The notes beneath the pieces were generated by a model. The model made no database searches, was not told where the DNA came from, and saw nothing but the letters and a program-made list of their open reading frames with translations. This document shows, one piece after another, positions 57,336-64,000 of a DNA stretch of 64,000 nucleotides. Position 1 is the first letter of the stretch. The number at the start of each line of letters is the position of its first letter. A program made the position numbers and the translations under genes. Source of the stretch: the human T2T-CHM13v2.0 reference genome, Homo sapiens; NCBI RefSeq assembly GCF_009914755.1, contig NC_060941.1; one strand, 5' to 3'.

Positions 57336-59264
57336 TGCTGCATTTCCATCTTGCACTGGACTCCACAAATTTGGTAGTAGGTCATGATTATACCCACTTT
57401 ATAAATGAGGAAACTGAGGCTCCAAAAGGTTATATAACCTGCCCAAGGCCATAGCTAGGAAATGGTGGACTTTGCACTTGGTAGTCCGACAGCCCTGTCT
57501 GTGTTCAAGACCAAACCCACCATTATGGTGCATTTCATTCAACAAAGTGTATATATTGAGGCCGGGTACAGGGGCTCACACCAGTAATCCCAGAATTTTA
57601 GGAAGCCAAGGCCGGAGGATTGCTTGAGGCCAGGAGTTTAAGACTGGCCTGGGCAACATAGCAAGACACTGTCTCTATTCTATGAAAATGAAAGCATAGG
57701 TATTGAGCATCTGCTCTAAGGCTGATATTCTCTTAGGCTCTTGGGATTCATCAGTGAGCAAAATAAAGTCCCTACCCTCATGGGGCTTGCACTCTAACAA
57801 GGTGTGTGGTATGCGAGTGCTTTGGCTCTTAAGGTGAGGTCCCTGGATCTGCAGCATCTAACAAGAAAACTTGTTAGAATCAGACACTCTGGGGGTGGGC
57901 CCAACAGTCGGTGTTTTAACAGTCCCTCCAGGTGATTCTAATGCAACTCAAGTTTGAGAAATACTGACCTAAAAGGTAATACAGATAAAAGTGCAGAGCA
58001 ATGAGGGAGGGAGATGGGGAGTCTGCAGTTTAAACGGGATAGTCAAGGAGGGGCTCAGTGAAGGCTTCCCTCTGAGCAAAGCTGTGAAGGACATGAGGAG
58101 GTTGCCCCCTCTGGAGCACACATGAGCCAGGCAGAGGCGGTGGCTGGCAGAGAGGCCTAAGGGCGGGAGTGTGACTGAAGAGCATGAGGGATACTGTGGG
58201 GCCATTGGCAGGGACGAAGTGTGGCAATCATGAGGCCATGTTTCATGTGTCACCAAGCCTCTGATTCTAATATGCTTTTCTTGCATATTCCAGCCATGTG
58301 ACTGTTGCCTGGAGGGACCATTTTGGTATAGCCACCCACAGAGAAGCAGGACAAATAAGGAGTTGTTTCTCAAGATGGGCAATCACGCCCTTCAAGGAGA
58401 AGACAGAGGACACAAGTGTTCTCCAGTTTCCCCTCCAGCTTGAGTTATCTGAAAGCACTGCTTAATGAATACACAGATCGGGCTTCATTGGGAAACAGAG
58501 GCTCCTAGCCAAGGCCCCTGATGTGGCATTCTCATTTTCTGGGTGGTAACCCTGAGGATAGATCAGGGACATTTTCATTAAGTGTCAAGCGTTCCTTGAG
58601 CTCCAGCAAATGACGCAGGAAGCTTCAGGACTCTACCACAGGGACAGCAAGTCTGCCATCTAAAGCTTTTCCTCAAAATTTCAGGGCCACACTTGTCATG
58701 CAGCATGAAATCCCAAGGGAGAAAAATGTTGACACAGTTGACCAACAGGGGCTCACCCTCTGCCTTAGAAGAGGCCCTGCCTCTGGTGACTTTGTAGTCT
58801 CATGTCCCAGGGAGGGCCCCCCTCCTCCTCTGTCTCTTTCTCATTGTGTTCCTAGTCTCGGCCCATTTTATAGATGTGAAAGCTGAATCTCAGCTGGGAA
58901 ATCATCTATAAAATGGGGATAATGAGGAATTAAATGCAATGATATACATTGTGCACTTAATATACTATCTGACATAATAAAATCAGCACTCAATTAAATG
59001 TTGGCTAATATTATCCAGGTGTCCAACCTGGAAGTTACCTTCCATTTTGCTTTCTTATCACCCACACGTGCAATCCTTCATCCAGTCTATTCATCCTACA
59101 CCCTTAATATTTCTTCCCTTCCTCTTTCCTTCTACCACTACTAAGAGTCCTAGTCCTCATCATCCTGCATTTGAGGGAGGTACAGATTCTGCACAAGGGC
59201 TGAGATGGAGCTAGTAAATGGCGGATTTGGCATGGAAACCCAAGCCTGCTGAGATCCAAGACTT

Positions 59265-59725
59265 CAGTGATTCTCACATTAACGTATGTATCGGAATCAC
59301 CTGGAATACTTGTTAAGCTACAGATTACTGGGCCCTGTTTCCGAGGGGTCTGATTCAGTGATTCTCACATTAACGCATGTATTGGAATCACCTGGAATGC
59401 TTGTTAAGCTACAGATTACTGGACCCTATTTCCGGGGGTCTGATTCCGTGATTCTCACATTAACGCATGTATTGGAATCACCTGGAATGCTTGTTGAACT
59501 ACAGATTACTGGGCTCTATTTCTGAGGGGTCTGATTCAGTGAGTCTCACATTCATGCATGTATCGGAATCACCTGGAATGCTTGTTAAAATACAGATTGC
59601 TGGGTCCTATTTCCAGGGGGTCTGACTCAGTGGGTCTTGGGTGAGGCCCAAGAATTTGCTTTTCTAACAAGTTCCCAGGTGATGCTGATGCTGTTGATTC
59701 AAGGACTACACTTTGGGAACCAATG
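59265..59725 (+). mobile_element. MER5A whose 5' ~91 bp is tandemly present four times
   Basis: Units start at 59265, 59356, 59446 and 59537; the last continues into the MER5A 3' half (ttctaacaagttcccaggtgatgctgatgctg...actttgggaacca). Confidence 0.85.
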
Positions 59726-60816
59726 CATTTTAGCAAACTAGTGGTTCTTAACCCTGGCTGTACATTGCAATCACCTGGGCACTTAAAAATTCTGATGCCA
59801 GCCCCCGTCTCTGAAAGTCTGATTGAATTGGTCCACAGTGGTGTCTAGACATTGGCGTTGTTTTCTAATGTGCAGCCAGGAATGAGGACTACTCCTCTAA
59901 ACGCTGTCAATAGGGAGTATAGAAGGAGTAGCAGGTTCCTGAAGGCAAATAATGGTCCTTTTTCCCTAAAATACAGAAACATAATGACTTCTGCTTTCAA
60001 GCTCAAAACCCACAGCATTATAAACCAATCTGTTCAGCCCCAGTTAGATGCTAATTGAGTTTCCTCTCTGGGCTGGGTCTTGTTCTCTGTGGCTTTTTCA
60101 ACAACCTGAGTGTGGACTGATTGGGGCCAACTGGTTGGTGGGAAATGACAAGATGGAAATCCACTGAGAAGCTGATGACAGGTCTACCTTGCAACTGGGC
60201 ATTTTTCTTGCAAATAATAATCTGTGGTGATTTCACTTAAGTTTGCAGCAGCATGTTTTATGACCACAGTCGTTGCATAATTATGCAACGGAAATGTATT
60301 TGAAATTGCTTAAATGGTTATATAGGCAGGATTTGCTCAAGCATTTGATGTATACTTTTTAAAAGTCCACATGCATTTGGATTACCATTGAAATGTGCTT
60401 TTGAAATTGGAGTTTGCTGTTCCCAGTTTAGTGCTGAGAAACAGGAGGGTTTTTTGTATAACCTAAAAGCAATAATGCATTTAGAAGGTGGCATTAATTC
60501 TTTCTAAGGATGATTAAATCTTATCTGGTGATAAATTGTTTAGGAACTAGGCAGGGAGGCTGGGTCTACTGCCTTAAAGTGCAAGGAAAGTAAAAACAAA
60601 CAAACCCCCCCAAACCAAAAAAGTCCAAACAAACAAGAAAAGTTGAATATCTTAGTTCATTGGCTATTATCAATACAAAAACAAAAATGGTGAGGATGTT
60701 GTCTGGATAGAGGATGAAGAAGAGAAATTGTAATCATGGGGTAGTAGGCCTTCAGACTTGGAGCTGAAGAAGGAGTCTAACCAGGGAGCTCAAGTCCACT
60801 GCCTACGGAAGTCTAA

Positions 60817-63005
<2,189 letters not shown>

Positions 63006-64000
63006 GGACCTTGTCTCTTGAAAGAAAGAAAAAAAGCTTGCTTAAGTAAGATAAATATTCTGTGGGCTTTATTTAGATCATATCAATGATCTTGCCCAAT
63101 CCCCTTATTTTACAGAGAAGAAACATGCCCTAGAGGGTTTATTGATTTAAATAAAGGCAGTCCACTCAGAGATCCTTTGCCTTCAGGGCGTTCATAGTCA
63201 TGTGTGGGGAAAAGGTAGGAAATAGAGGTAGACTATAATGGAGTGGCCTCTAGAATGCAGTTAATGGAGAGGCAGTGGTCTCATCTGGCCTAGCGATCAG
63301 GAAGGACTTCTCTCCAGGGAGGAATTCTCAGCTGAGTCTTGGCAGAGGAATAGGAGTTAGCCAACTGGAATGGTGCCTCTTTGCAAACACCCAGGGACAT
63401 GAATGGTTGAAGAACTGCAGGCAGCTGCGGGACAGAACCCAGGTATAGAACCAAAAGGTCACAGGCTGAACCCCAAGGAGACTCTGAGCAATTGGGAGAT
63501 TCTGATATGGCTAAAACTGTAGCCCACGCCCCAAGATGTATTTTCACAGTGGTGAAGGAAAAAGATGAGTTAAGTGTCTGAGAATCTGAGAGCGGGGGCT
63601 TAGCCACGCCTGAGGAAAAGGGTGACATGTCAGGTGGTGAAGTATAGTTTTGGCTTTTGTTTTTTTTCCTACTTGCTCTGAAATCAGCATTCCAAGCTCT
63701 GTCATCAGAACCCCTGAAAGGCTGCCTGATTCCTTCATGGAAATGGCTCCTTCTGCTTTTAAGAGCTCCTGGTGTTCTGAGTGGATGAGTCTTCACATTT
63801 CAAAAATCAGCGTGATTTCCCTTTGGTAACCTTGGCATTCATTGCACCTGATCAGGGAGGTTTTCTTTTTCAGTCCTGATGCCTTAAAAGAGGGAATCCA
63901 GATTGTTTTTCTGTGTTTCATGTGCTTTAGGGAGTTTTCTTTTTTTTTTTTTCTACTCATATTGTTACTCAAACAGGGACCACTAGGTGTGGACAGAAAT

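Noticed and set aside
59265-59630. CRISPR-like periodicity
   Set aside because: No unique spacers and no cas genes; it is a tandem duplication of MER5A in eukaryotic DNA.

Overview
Primate, almost certainly human, genomic DNA at the AKAP1 locus (recalled as 17q22). The window starts inside intron 1, so exon 1 and the promoter lie upstream and outside it. It holds all 10 coding exons of AKAP1 on the + strand. Read through their GT-AG junctions they give exactly 903 codons plus TGA: mitochondrial anchor, PKA-R-binding helix, KH and Tudor domains. A stop-containing cassette exon gives the 593-aa S-AKAP84 C-terminus. The 3'UTR ends near 25.7 kb. The remaining ~38 kb is intergenic and rich in Alu, MER, L1 and LTR sequence, with no credible protein-coding gene. 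I found no prokaryote-style novel system. The best observations are these. (1) A MaLR LTR appears to have displaced the ancestral branch point of exon 10 and supplied a replacement. (2) A ~1.95-kb, 24-bp G-rich minisatellite carries the PRDM9 hotspot 13-mer in most units and sits next to a CTCF motif. (3) A possible stop-disabled relic of the rodent ER-targeting N1 extension precedes the ATG. (4) A coding 21-bp repeat abuts the PKA-binding helix. (5) There is a tRNA-Glu retropseudogene, a quadruplicated MER5A half, a micro-inversion inside an Alu and a perfect 20-bp palindrome. Repeat subfamily names and boundaries were assigned by eye and are approximate.
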